Below are positions 10,774-19,544 of a DNA stretch of 64,000 bases, piece by piece (the first letter of the stretch is position 1; each line of letters opens with the position of its first letter). A program made the translations under genes and the position numbers. Under the pieces are notes generated by a model. The model was not told the DNA's origin. It made no database searches and saw only the letters and a list, made by a program, of their open reading frames with translations. This DNA comes from Armatimonadota bacterium. Its GTDB lineage: Bacteria; Armatimonadota; SYMT01. Location: contig JAWLHY010000001.1 in the NCBI GenBank assembly GCA_041690135.1, positions 1,504,001 to 1,568,000 on the forward strand, in the 5' to 3' direction.

Positions 10774-11274
10774 TTGGCAGTGGTCACGGTAGGAAGTGTC
10801 TCGCGGGAGGACGCAGCCGAACAGTACGAGTTTCTGGCGGAACGGTATCCGGGACGCCGGGCGGCGATCCGGGAACTGACCCACGCCTATCCCGAACTGG
10901 TCTTTTGGGTCTCGCCGGAGGGCCGCCTGATCGATGCAAGAGACGCGCACCGGAAGCATCCGCCGCGCGGCTTTGCCTGGATCCTCCAAGATGAACCGAA
11001 TTACGGGGGGTTCCTCCGCGGTCGGATCGCCCGCCGGGCCGAGCGGCAGTTGGTCGTGGTGTACTGCCGGCCGGAAGCACTGGCGGTACCTGGACCGCCG
11101 GTGGAGCAGTTGATTCGGGGCCTCGCGCAGGTGTCTGTCCCGCTCACTCCGGACACCCTGGTCATCAGCGACAACGGCGACCTTTACGGAACCGTCGCTG
11201 ACCTGCGTGTGCGAGCCGAAACAGGTGCCGCCGCCCGGTCGGGGACTTCCCGTGAGGTCGGTCCTGCCGGATAA
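10774..11274 (+). CDS. Hypothetical protein
   Basis: Globular-looking 166-aa ORF after AAGG; no recognised motif. Confidence 0.65.
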   Translation: MAVVTVGSVSREDAAEQYEFLAERYPGRRAAIRELTHAYPELVFWVSPEGRLIDARDAHRKHPPRGFAWILQDEPNYGGFLRGRIARRAERQLVVVYCRPEALAVPGPPVEQLIRGLAQVSVPLTPDTLVISDNGDLYGTVADLRVRAETGAAARSGTSREVGPAG

Positions 11275-11277
11275 CGC

Positions 11278-11589
11278 TCAGCTCTCGACAGTCACGCGGC
11301 GCAGGAGTTCCGCTACCCCGGCATGCCCCTTTTATTCGGCGATTGTTAGGGCGGTCCGGCCGTCGGGTGCGGGCGCGTTTGGATCGGCTCCGCGGTCGAG
11401 GAGTAGAGCCCCCGGTTCCGGCAGGTTGTAGGCGGCACAGTAGACCAGCGGCGGCCAGCCGTTCGCGGCGGAAATGCCATTCGTGTCCGTGGCTGCCGCC
11501 CCTTCAGGATCACCTTCCAGCAGCCGCTCGACGGTGGTGGCATCCCCCTGTTTGATCGCGTTGAAAAGGGCTTCCGGATTATCCGGCAT
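11278..11589 (-). pseudogene. Ankyrin-repeat pseudogene
   Basis: In-frame TAA at 11332-11334 interrupts GRTALTIAE*KGHAGVAELLRR; reading ends at TGA 11278. Confidence 0.75.
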
Positions 11590-11755
11590 GGTTCCGCCCT
11601 CCGCCGTCGACGTTCTCTTTGTGGCCGTTCCGTTCCTTGTGCGCTCTCCGTCCCGGCTGTTACTCGCGTTAGGCCGGAAGCGTGCTCGGGTAAAGGGGAA
11701 CGTTAATAGCGGCCGGTTCCTTTCTACGGCCGGAGACAATCAACGGAGGCTTGGG

Positions 11756-12178
11756 ATGGAGATTCGTCATAGGGTGACCGGACTGGCGCTGGTGGAGGTG
11801 CCGGGAGATTCGCTGCAGGGTGCGGATCTACGGAACGCCAACCTGATCGACGCGGACCTGAAGGGTGCCGACCTACGGGGGGCCGTCCTCATCGGCGCCT
11901 ATCTGGGCGGTGCGGACCTTTCCGGTGCGGATCTGTCGCGCGCGGTCCTGTGTCAGGCGGACCTTCACGAAGCGAACCTCCAGGGAGCCCGACTGGACGG
12001 CGCGGATCTCACCGACGCATCTCTCCGCCGGGCTGACGCGCGGAGTACCTCGCTGGCCGGTGCCACCCTGATTGGGGCCGATATGATCGATATCAATCTG
12101 GAAGGAGCCGGCTACGACGAGCGGACGGAATGGCCTGCGGGACGGATGCCGGGGGAGTTCGATCGGAAGATAGCGTGA
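11756..12178 (+). CDS. Pentapeptide repeat protein
   Basis: GGAGG RBS; MEIRHRVTG cap, ADLxG repeats, YDERTEWP end. Confidence 0.88.
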   Translation: MEIRHRVTGLALVEVPGDSLQGADLRNANLIDADLKGADLRGAVLIGAYLGGADLSGADLSRAVLCQADLHEANLQGARLDGADLTDASLRRADARSTSLAGATLIGADMIDINLEGAGYDERTEWPAGRMPGEFDRKIA

Positions 12179-12248
12179 TCGGGTGGTCGGGTGTTCAGGT
12201 GTGCGGTTATTTGGAAACCCGATCACCTGAACACCCGACCACCCGATC
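12177..12248. repeat. Perfect 25-bp inverted repeat built from octamer units, between convergent genes
   Basis: gatcgggtggtcgggtgttcaggtg (12177-12201) and its exact reverse complement (12224-12248). Confidence 0.9.
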
Positions 12249-12258
12249 GCCTGCCACG

Positions 12259-13317
12259 CTACCACTCGAATTGATAGAGGGTGGTATGAGCGTAGACCTC
12301 TCCCGAGCGAAGTATGACGGAGGGGAAGTTGGGGTGGTGCACCGAGTCCGGGAAGTGTTGTGTCTCCAGGCAGAAGGCCGCATGCTTCTCGTAGGCAACC
12401 CCGCCCTTGCCCAGGAGCGAGCCATCGAGGAAGTTGCCGGAGTAGAATTGCACCCCTGGCTGGGTGGTGAGAACCGTCATGGTCCGACCGGACCGAGGCT
12501 CCTGAACACGCGCGGCTAAGGAGAGGGTGCCGGATCCCTCGTTCAGCACGAAGTTGTGATCGTAGCCGCCGCAGTACTCCGGCAACTCGCCGATGCGGGC
12601 GCCGATAGCCGTCGGTTCCCGGAAGTCGAGGGCAGTGTTCGCCACGGGGGCGATTTCGCCGGTGGGGATGAGGGTTTCATCCACGGGTGTGTACCGGTCG
12701 GCGTTGAGGTGTAGTAGGTGGTCCAGGATGCTTCCCGCACCCGGAACGCCCGGATTGAGATTGAAGTAGCTGTGGTTGGTGAGGTTGATCGGCGTGGGAG
12801 CGTCGGTCGTGGCTTCGTAATCGATGCGAAGGGCGTTATCTTCGGTGAGGGTGTACCGGACGGTCACGCTCAGATCGCCGGGATAGCCTTCCTCGCCGTC
12901 CGGACTGAAGTAGTGGAGGGCCAGGGAAGCCTCGCCGGCTCGCGGCGCCGGCTCGAAGCGCCACACAACCTTATCGAAGCCGCGGTCTCCCCCGTGGAGG
13001 GAGTTGGGACCGTTGTTCACGGCCAGCCGATACTCGTTGCCGTTCAGGCGGAACACGCCCCCGGCGATACGGTTCGCATACCGACCCACCACGGCCCCGA
13101 AGTAGGGATGCCCCGCCACGTATTGTCCCAGGTTGTCGAACCCCAGCACGACATCGCCCAGGTTCCCCTGCGCGTCAGGAACGTGAAGTTCGGTAAGGAT
13201 GGCCCCATAGTTGGTGATGCGGGCGACCATTCCCGACGTATTGCGGAGTGTAAAGAGTTCTACGCGCGTCCCCTCGGGCGTGCGTCCCCACGGAATTCGT
13301 TCCAGAGAATCCTTCAT
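12259..13317 (-). CDS. galM: Aldose 1-epimerase (mutarotase)
   Basis: GRYANRI, LHGG, EEGYPG, TNHSYFNL, YDHNF, CLETQHFPD. Confidence 0.94.
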   Translation of the reverse strand: MKDSLERIPWGRTPEGTRVELFTLRNTSGMVARITNYGAILTELHVPDAQGNLGDVVLGFDNLGQYVAGHPYFGAVVGRYANRIAGGVFRLNGNEYRLAVNNGPNSLHGGDRGFDKVVWRFEPAPRAGEASLALHYFSPDGEEGYPGDLSVTVRYTLTEDNALRIDYEATTDAPTPINLTNHSYFNLNPGVPGAGSILDHLLHLNADRYTPVDETLIPTGEIAPVANTALDFREPTAIGARIGELPEYCGGYDHNFVLNEGSGTLSLAARVQEPRSGRTMTVLTTQPGVQFYSGNFLDGSLLGKGGVAYEKHAAFCLETQHFPDSVHHPNFPSVILRSGEVYAHTTLYQFEW

Positions 13318-13484
13318 CTTTACGCCACTTTCGTCTCGCATCCGTTACTGCCATGCGGACTGCCGGGAGAAGTAGGAGAAACGGACCTGTCGTGTCGAAC
13401 CCCATGGGGGTCACTTCCGGTTCCCCGCACCCAAGTCAACATTTCACTCAGCCCCTTGAGCCCTTGAGAAAGGACAATGATGCC

Positions 13485-14417
13485 ATGATCAGGCCGCTCC
13501 GTGCCTGCGTCACCGTGCTCGGCCTCGCAGCATTCGCGTGCGCGACCCAGAACGACCCCGCTTCCGCCGCTCGGAAGCCGATTCGCGTCGTCATTTGGGA
13601 TGAGCAACAGCCGATTCAGAAGCAAGCCTACGAGAACTTCCTGGGCAACGCTATCGCCGACCATCTGAATAAGAAGCCGTCCGAGTTCCAGGTGAAGTCG
13701 GTCCGATTGGACGATCCCGAACAGGGCCTCTCTAAGGAGACCCTGGACAACTGCGATGTGCTCGTGTGGTGGGGCCATGCCCGCCACAACGAGATCAAAC
13801 CCGACACGGCCAAGGAAATCGTTCGCCGGGTCAAGTCCGGCCAGTTTTCCCTCCTGGCACTCCATTCGGCGCACTGGGCCAAGCCATTCATCGAAGCGAT
13901 GAACGAGCGCACTACCGATGATGCGCTGAAGAGCCTCTCCGCCTCCGAGCGCAAGAACGTTAAGATTACCTACGTGCAGCCGGCGATGCGTCTGTATAAG
14001 AAGGAAGAGCCGGTAACCCCCTCTTTCAGCAAGAGCATGGCGGCGGATGGTGTCACCAACCTGGAGGTCAAGCTGCCGAGTTGCGTGTTCACGTCCGTGA
14101 AGAACGATGGCAAGCCCAGCCACCTGACCACCTTGATGAAGAAGCACCCGATCGCCAAGGGGGTGCCGGAGAACTTCGACATCCCCCAGACCGAAGTCTA
14201 CGGCGGTCCGTTCCACGTGCCCACTCCGGACGCGATCATTTTCACCGAGAAGTGGGACGACGGCGAAACCTTCCCGGCCGGCTGCCTCTGGAAGCTGGGC
14301 AAAGGCCAGGTCTTCTACTTCCGCCCCGGACACGAGACCTACCCGATCTTCAAGCAGGAGATACCGCTCCGGATCGTGGAGAACGCCGCCCGCTTCCTGG
14401 GCAAGGACAAGAAGTAG
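13485..14417 (+). CDS. ThuA-like domain exported protein / lipoprotein
   Basis: Signal peptide ending AFAC; DVLVWWGH..H, LHSAH, FYFRPGHETYP. Confidence 0.85.
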   Translation: MIRPLRACVTVLGLAAFACATQNDPASAARKPIRVVIWDEQQPIQKQAYENFLGNAIADHLNKKPSEFQVKSVRLDDPEQGLSKETLDNCDVLVWWGHARHNEIKPDTAKEIVRRVKSGQFSLLALHSAHWAKPFIEAMNERTTDDALKSLSASERKNVKITYVQPAMRLYKKEEPVTPSFSKSMAADGVTNLEVKLPSCVFTSVKNDGKPSHLTTLMKKHPIAKGVPENFDIPQTEVYGGPFHVPTPDAIIFTEKWDDGETFPAGCLWKLGKGQVFYFRPGHETYPIFKQEIPLRIVENAARFLGKDKK

Positions 14418-14445
14418 TCCCTACTTCCCAACCCGCACACAAAAC

Positions 14446-14485
14446 GACCCGCCGAAGACAGTGCGTCTCCGGCGGGTTGCTTCTT
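14446..14485 (+). terminator. Probable intrinsic terminator after the ThuA-like gene
   Basis: gacccgccg...cggcgggtt stem followed by T-rich gcttctt. Confidence 0.55.
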
Positions 14486-14506
14486 ATGGTCTTGGCGGGC
14501 AATGGA

Positions 14507-14545
14507 CGTTCAGGCAATCAGGCGTTCAGGCCTTGGGTGTTCGGG
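14507..14545. repeat. Octamer array (xxTCAGGC); inverted partners at 14759-14775 and 14844-14862
   Basis: gttcaggc aatcaggc gttcaggc versus gcctgact gcctgaat and cctgact gcctgatc. Confidence 0.65.
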
Positions 14546-14618
14546 GGGTCGGCGGTTATGTGCTTGCGGCGCACCCCAGAGATGAATAGGCCATGGATCC
14601 CGTCCCATCCATTATCAC

Positions 14619-14745
14619 GACGACTTCCCTGAACAGGGGGATGGCCACGTCGCTTGCCGGTTCAGCCGGAAGGAGCGGACCACTTCGACAGGAGGCTCAT
14701 CCAATTCGGGGAAGTTGCTGCGGGTCTATCGCTCCTCGCCATGAC
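14619..14745 (-). repeat. Dispersed ~125-bp non-coding element, copy B
   Basis: Reverse complement aligns by eye with 8124-8247. Confidence 0.8.
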
Positions 14746-14868
14746 TACCGTCTCCGTTGCCTGACTGCCTGAATGATGTTGTAGGTGAATTCTCCAGGAT
14801 CGGCTGCAGTGCAACTGCCCGCGATCAAATTTGCCAACAGCATCCTGACTGCCTGATCGCCCGCCCGC

Positions 14869-15792
14869 CTACCCCTGACTCACCGCTTCCGACGTATCGA
14901 TCGCCTGCATCCCCGGCACGATCCGCGGACTGAGGCCGGTCAAAACCCGTCCAGGCCCCACCTCCACGGTCGTATCCACGCCGTCGGCGGCAAGGCGGCG
15001 GATCGTCTCGGTCCAGCGCACGCTGCCGGCCACCTGGCGGACGAGGGTCTCACGCACCTCTTCCGGCGTGCGTACGTAGTCGGCGGTGACATTGGCAACC
15101 ACGGGAATCTCAGGGACCGATAGGGTGAGAGCCGTGAGCACCTGCGCCATCTCCTCCGCCAGGGGCGCCATGAGGCTGCTGTGGAACGGTGCGGCCACGT
15201 TCAGCTTGATGGCCCGCCGTGCGCCCCGTTCCTTCGCTACGACCATCGCCCGCTCCACGGCGCCCAACTCCCCGGAGATCACCGTCTGCTCCGGGGAGTT
15301 GTAGTTTGCGACCTCAACGCGGCCTCCCGCGGAGGCATCCGCGCTCACTTCGGCGCAAACTTCGGCTACTACTTCCGCGGAAAGGTTCAACACTGCGGCC
15401 ATGGCGCCGGCTACGCGATCCCCCACCTCCGCCATTAACTCGCCGCGCCGGCGGACGGTGCGCAACCCATCCTCGAAGCTCATCACCCCCGCGGCGGTGA
15501 GAGCCGAATACTCGCCCAGGCTGTGGCCGGCCACAGCGGCGGGTTCGATCCCCGCGTCCCGCACGAGACTCCAGGCGATGAGGCTCACAGTGAAGATGGC
15601 GGGTTGCGCGTTCTCCGTCCGGGTGAGTTGGTCCTCCGGTCCCTCGAAGCAGAGCTGCGAAAGGGAAAAACCCAGGATCTCATCGGCCCGGCTGAATAGC
15701 TCCCGGCCCACGGCTGTGGTTTCGTAGTACTCGCGGCCCATGCCGACCTTCTGAGACCCCTGCCCGGGGAAAACACACGCGATCTTACTCAA
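14869..15792 (-). CDS. fabD: Malonyl-CoA:ACP transacylase
   Basis: TTG start after AGGAG; FPGQGSQ, GHSLGEY, ANYNSP, PFHS, EVGPG. Confidence 0.96.
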   Translation of the reverse strand: MSKIACVFPGQGSQKVGMGREYYETTAVGRELFSRADEILGFSLSQLCFEGPEDQLTRTENAQPAIFTVSLIAWSLVRDAGIEPAAVAGHSLGEYSALTAAGVMSFEDGLRTVRRRGELMAEVGDRVAGAMAAVLNLSAEVVAEVCAEVSADASAGGRVEVANYNSPEQTVISGELGAVERAMVVAKERGARRAIKLNVAAPFHSSLMAPLAEEMAQVLTALTLSVPEIPVVANVTADYVRTPEEVRETLVRQVAGSVRWTETIRRLAADGVDTTVEVGPGRVLTGLSPRIVPGMQAIDTSEAVSQG

Positions 15793-15882
15793 GGGAATCT
15801 CTCCTGTTCGTGGGGACATCAATACTCTGGAACAGTTCTATCAGGTGCCGGGCCGCCAGGCATTCGAGCTTGAGACATCGCT

Positions 15883-15915
15883 GAACGCCGGAACACCGGA
15901 ACACCGGAACACCCG
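15883..15915. repeat. Octamer tandem array GAACACCG x4
   Basis: gaacgccg gaacaccg gaacaccg gaacacccg. Confidence 0.8.
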
Positions 15916-16086
15916 CCTCCAGCCCCCACCCCCTTCAGTATTTATTTTGCTCACAACCGAACATTTCATCGGGCTGGGTCGTCAGTCTGAAAGTACCGCT
16001 TCCCTAAGGCTTCCCAGGCACTCCTGCTGGCTCCGCGGCTCCGACTCCTTCGTTTTGTCCGATCGGGTCGGTGGCGGCCAATTTGA

Positions 16087-16115
16087 GGCAACTCCGCTCT
16101 GAGAGCGCGCGTCTA
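16087..16115 (+). promoter_or_regulatory. Putative ECF-sigma promoter (autoregulatory)
   Basis: ggcAAC-N17-CGTCta just upstream of the ECF gene; a second gAAC-N17-CGTC lies at 15959-15983. Confidence 0.5.
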
Positions 16116-16139
16116 ATTGGCACAGGAGGTAGAAGGGCC

Positions 16140-16781
16140 GTGTCCACCAGTGTCCCAGCGTCTATGATTCGAATAGGACCGCAAGAGGCTCTCGTCGACG
16201 CGACCGATCCCGACCGCCGGCTCCTGGAGCTGTGCCGTCAGGGAGACCCGCACGCTTTCGAGACCCTGTTCCGCAAATACCAGACGTACGTTTACAACGT
16301 GAGCCTGGGCATGCTGAACAACAGCGAAGACGCCGCGGACATCACGCAGGAGACATTCCTGCGCCTCCATCGCAGCCTGGATAGCTTCCGAGGGGATTCC
16401 ACGTTCAGCACGTGGCTCTACCGGGTCGCCGTGAACCTGTGCATCACGGAGATCCGGCGCCGCGGGCGGAACCGGTACCAGTTCCTGGACGACATCGCTC
16501 ACGACGAAGAAGCGCAACTCACCGAAGAGCCGGGACCCACTCCCGACGAAGCGATCGAGCTGGCGGAAGAGCGACAGGTCGTCCATCGTGTGCTACGGAC
16601 GCTCCCTCCGGACTACCGGGCGATCATGGTGCTGCGGCATTTCCAGCAATTGGCCTACGAAGAGATTGCCGAGGTCCTCAACCTCACCCTCAGCCAGGTC
16701 AAGACGCGACTGTTCCGCGCCCGCAAGATGTTTAAAGATCGCTTCGAGTCGATGACGGAGGACCGTCATGCAGTGCGGTGA
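16140..16781 (+). CDS. ECF sigma-70 factor (SigW/RpoE-like)
   Basis: AGGAGG plus GTG; DAADITQETF, FSTWLYRVAVN, YEEIAEVL..VKTRLFRAR. Confidence 0.93.
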   Translation: MSTSVPASMIRIGPQEALVDATDPDRRLLELCRQGDPHAFETLFRKYQTYVYNVSLGMLNNSEDAADITQETFLRLHRSLDSFRGDSTFSTWLYRVAVNLCITEIRRRGRNRYQFLDDIAHDEEAQLTEEPGPTPDEAIELAEERQVVHRVLRTLPPDYRAIMVLRHFQQLAYEEIAEVLNLTLSQVKTRLFRARKMFKDRFESMTEDRHAVR

Positions 16782-17928
16782 CGTCCGTCCCCTGCTGCCC
16801 GAATACCTTGATGAGTTGTTAAAGCCGGAGGCCAGGCGGCGCGTCGATTCGCACCTGCAAAGCTGCGATCTCTGCCGCGCAGAATTGGCCACGCAGAACC
16901 GGGCGCTCATCGTGTTGGAACGGGCCGCGCATGCCCCCGCGCCCGACTTGTGGCAGGCTTTCTCACAGCGGCTGGCCAGTGAGATCACCTGTACGGAGGT
17001 CAGCGAATCGTTGCCGGCGTACCACGACGCAGCCCTATCCGGAACTCGCGCGGTCTCCGTCCACAACCATCTGAAGGCGTGTGCCGCCTGTGCTGCCGAG
17101 TCCGAAGGGTTGCAGACCTCCCTCGAACTACTCGAGCGTGCGGCGGAAATGCCCGTCATCGACCTTTGGCCCGCGTTCCAGGCCAGGCAGGAGGCCGATC
17201 GCCGCTCCCGCGAAACCGGTTGGGGTCGGCTGAGGACCGCGTTGCGCGTCCTCTGGGATGGCCCGGTGCTCCAGCCTGCTCTGGGCCTGGCCGCCGCGGG
17301 AGTCCTGATCATTGTGGGGCAGCATTTCTTTGGAGCCCCCCAGGTGGGCCGAACGGTGAGCCCGACGGTGAACTCAACTCCAACTCCACCTACTCGCGTC
17401 GCGACATCCACCTTACCTCCGGATACACTGGATGAGGAGCGCCGGATGGCCTCGCTCTCGGTTGGACGCTCTGCGTCGGGGCGGAACGAACCTTCCGGTT
17501 CGCGGACGGAACGGAACGCCCGGGCGGCGGTCCGCAGGGTCGCTGGTGTTCGGCGTAAACCAACAACTCCGGCGAGGCCGTGGAAGAAAGCGCCTCCCCG
17601 CCTGCCAGCAGAGCAGCCGGAGAAGGAGGTCCTGGTTGCGGCGGTTCCGGATGCTGAAAGCGGAGTGTGGACCCGCCAACTACAGGTGTCCTACGACCTG
17701 GAGACCGGTCCTATGACCGTAGGCGACAGCTCTTCGGCGAAAGCTCCGCATCCGGACACGGATGCCTCCGCGGAGCGGCCACTGTTCCAGGCGGCGGTGG
17801 AGGTGAATTCGAACCGGGCTCAGGCGGAGGTCAAATCGGAAGTTGTCCAGGTGGTACAGCTTCTGGCAGGTATTGAAGCGGCTACGGAGAACCCGTTCCG
17901 GTCGGAGACAGATGGTTACCAGGAGTAG
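16768..17928 (+). CDS. Zinc-binding anti-sigma factor with two tandem zf-HC2 domains and a TM helix
   Basis: HLQSCDLC and HLKACAAC (HxxxCxxC), each followed by DLW; TM helix; overlaps the sigma gene. Confidence 0.88.
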   Translation: MQCGDVRPLLPEYLDELLKPEARRRVDSHLQSCDLCRAELATQNRALIVLERAAHAPAPDLWQAFSQRLASEITCTEVSESLPAYHDAALSGTRAVSVHNHLKACAACAAESEGLQTSLELLERAAEMPVIDLWPAFQARQEADRRSRETGWGRLRTALRVLWDGPVLQPALGLAAAGVLIIVGQHFFGAPQVGRTVSPTVNSTPTPPTRVATSTLPPDTLDEERRMASLSVGRSASGRNEPSGSRTERNARAAVRRVAGVRRKPTTPARPWKKAPPRLPAEQPEKEVLVAAVPDAESGVWTRQLQVSYDLETGPMTVGDSSSAKAPHPDTDASAERPLFQAAVEVNSNRAQAEVKSEVVQVVQLLAGIEAATENPFRSETDGYQE

Positions 17929-19024
17929 GGGTTGGGGTTGTAAGGGCCGAGTGTGGATCCTTGCCGGAGCGCTGTTAGCGTGCGGCAGCCCACGTCTATA
18001 CGCCGCGCCGGAGGAAAAGACGGAGCAACCCGCGGGCGAGAAGGCCGTCACCGTCGCTCCCACTTCGCAACCCGGAAAAGCCAACGCTGCACCGGGGAGC
18101 CCGGCAACCTTGCACGCTCCCAAGAGCCGACTGCCTTATCCCGCCGACGCGGAGGTGTGGGCAGACGCCACCGGCACACCGCTGAACACGCCACCGGGAG
18201 TGCCTGTGGGGGCTGTTAAACGGGTGAGCATCCTCGTGTTTCGGCCGCGCGGCGACGTGCTTCCATGGGACCGCTTCGTACAGATCTATGTCGCCGACGG
18301 AAAGCTGGCGCCGAATCCCGAATTGAAGTTAGGCCTTTCACCGCTGCCCAAGGTGCAGCCGGCAGCGACCGCTCCCCAGAACCTGGAGGAGACCAATGTC
18401 TACGAAACCCGCATGGGTAAGGACATTCTGGTGCTGGGGATCATCCGCAACGCCCGCACCCAGCACCTGCTGGGTTACAGCGTGCTGGTGAACGGTACGC
18501 TCAACAATGCACAGGCGCTGGTGCAGGCCCGGAGCATGGTCACGGAACTCGCGGAGAATGCCCGCCGCATCCGGATTTCGGTGCCCCGCCCTACCAATAG
18601 CGTCGCCGCGGCGCCCACCTGGAGAATTGATGGGAACCGCCTCCGGCAACTCGTGCAGAGTATCGCGAAGGATGCAAGCCTCTCGCCGCGGGTGCGGGAG
18701 ATCGCGCGGGTGGTGATGCCGCAGGCCACGGCCATCGAACACAGCACCTTCCGTACGCCGCGGCCGGTCAGCGATGCTACTTTCCTCGACTTTTACACCC
18801 GGCAAACGGCGCGACAGGGATGGGGGCAGCCGATTATTCGCGATACGACCCAGGTCGGTCGCCCGGCATTGCTATTCCAGCGGCCCTACGACGGCGCGGT
18901 GATCCTGGTGCGGGCCCAGCCAACCACGATGACGGCTCCGGGGATGCTCGGTGCCCCAACCACGATGATTCACGTCCTCGTAATGGAGGGGAAGATCGAC
19001 GTCAGCCGGCTCGATGAGAAGTAG
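17912..19024 (+). CDS. Exported hypothetical protein, third gene of the ECF operon
   Basis: Overlaps the anti-sigma stop; signal-peptide-like N-terminus. Confidence 0.7.
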   Translation: MVTRSRGWGCKGRVWILAGALLACGSPRLYAAPEEKTEQPAGEKAVTVAPTSQPGKANAAPGSPATLHAPKSRLPYPADAEVWADATGTPLNTPPGVPVGAVKRVSILVFRPRGDVLPWDRFVQIYVADGKLAPNPELKLGLSPLPKVQPAATAPQNLEETNVYETRMGKDILVLGIIRNARTQHLLGYSVLVNGTLNNAQALVQARSMVTELAENARRIRISVPRPTNSVAAAPTWRIDGNRLRQLVQSIAKDASLSPRVREIARVVMPQATAIEHSTFRTPRPVSDATFLDFYTRQTARQGWGQPIIRDTTQVGRPALLFQRPYDGAVILVRAQPTTMTAPGMLGAPTTMIHVLVMEGKIDVSRLDEK

Positions 19025-19056
19025 CCCCCGTTTGGCCCAGATGCCTGTCTTTAGGC

Positions 19057-19110
19057 GGCAAAATGGGGGAACGGGAGCCATCCGCAGGAATCCCCGTCCC
19101 CCATTTTGCC
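19057..19110. terminator. Hairpin between convergent operons
   Basis: 14-bp perfect inverted repeat ggcaaaatggggga / tcccccattttgcc. Confidence 0.65.
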
Positions 19111-19163
19111 ATATGGAGCCTCTCCCATTCGGCCTGACCTGATGGAAACTTACAGCCGGCGCC

Positions 19164-19508
19164 TCAGCGGCGTGAGCGGCTCCGCCTTACCGGAATATGA
19201 GCGTCCGGTTGCCGGCGCGCCCAAGCCACGTAGCGTTCGATGGCGGGTTCCTGGCGGAGCTTCTCCAGCGTGTCCAGTTCGGATGCCAGCGTGCGGTTTG
19301 TGAAAAGTGCGTGCACCTGCCGGTGGCACCCGCCACAAAGCAGCACGGTCTCCGCGCCGCCATGCTCCCGCGGACAGAGGTGATGGCGCGTCAGCCGCTC
19401 CACCTGCCGCCCGCAGAGGGCACAGGTTTCCTCCTCCCCCGCCCTTCTGCCGATTAACTCAGTTGCCTCCGAGGCCTCGGAACGCGTCTTGCTTCTCTTG
19501 CGCGCCAT
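19164..19508 (-). CDS. Small HNH endonuclease-family protein
   Basis: CALCGR..TRHHLCP..GG..LCGGCHRQVH; alternative GTG start at 19541. Confidence 0.85.
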   Translation of the reverse strand: MARKRSKTRSEASEATELIGRRAGEEETCALCGRQVERLTRHHLCPREHGGAETVLLCGGCHRQVHALFTNRTLASELDTLEKLRQEPAIERYVAWARRQPDAHIPVRRSRSRR

Positions 19509-19544
19509 GGTCGCCCCGCTGTGACGTTTGTTTCCGGTCACTCC

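Noticed and set aside
13385-13430. GGTTCGA-containing palindromic stretch as a possible tRNA fragment
   Set aside because: No cloverleaf or acceptor stem can be built.
19164-19508. HNH gene as a homing endonuclease or mobile element
   Set aside because: Small stand-alone type at the end of an operon, with no intron, intein or terminal repeats.
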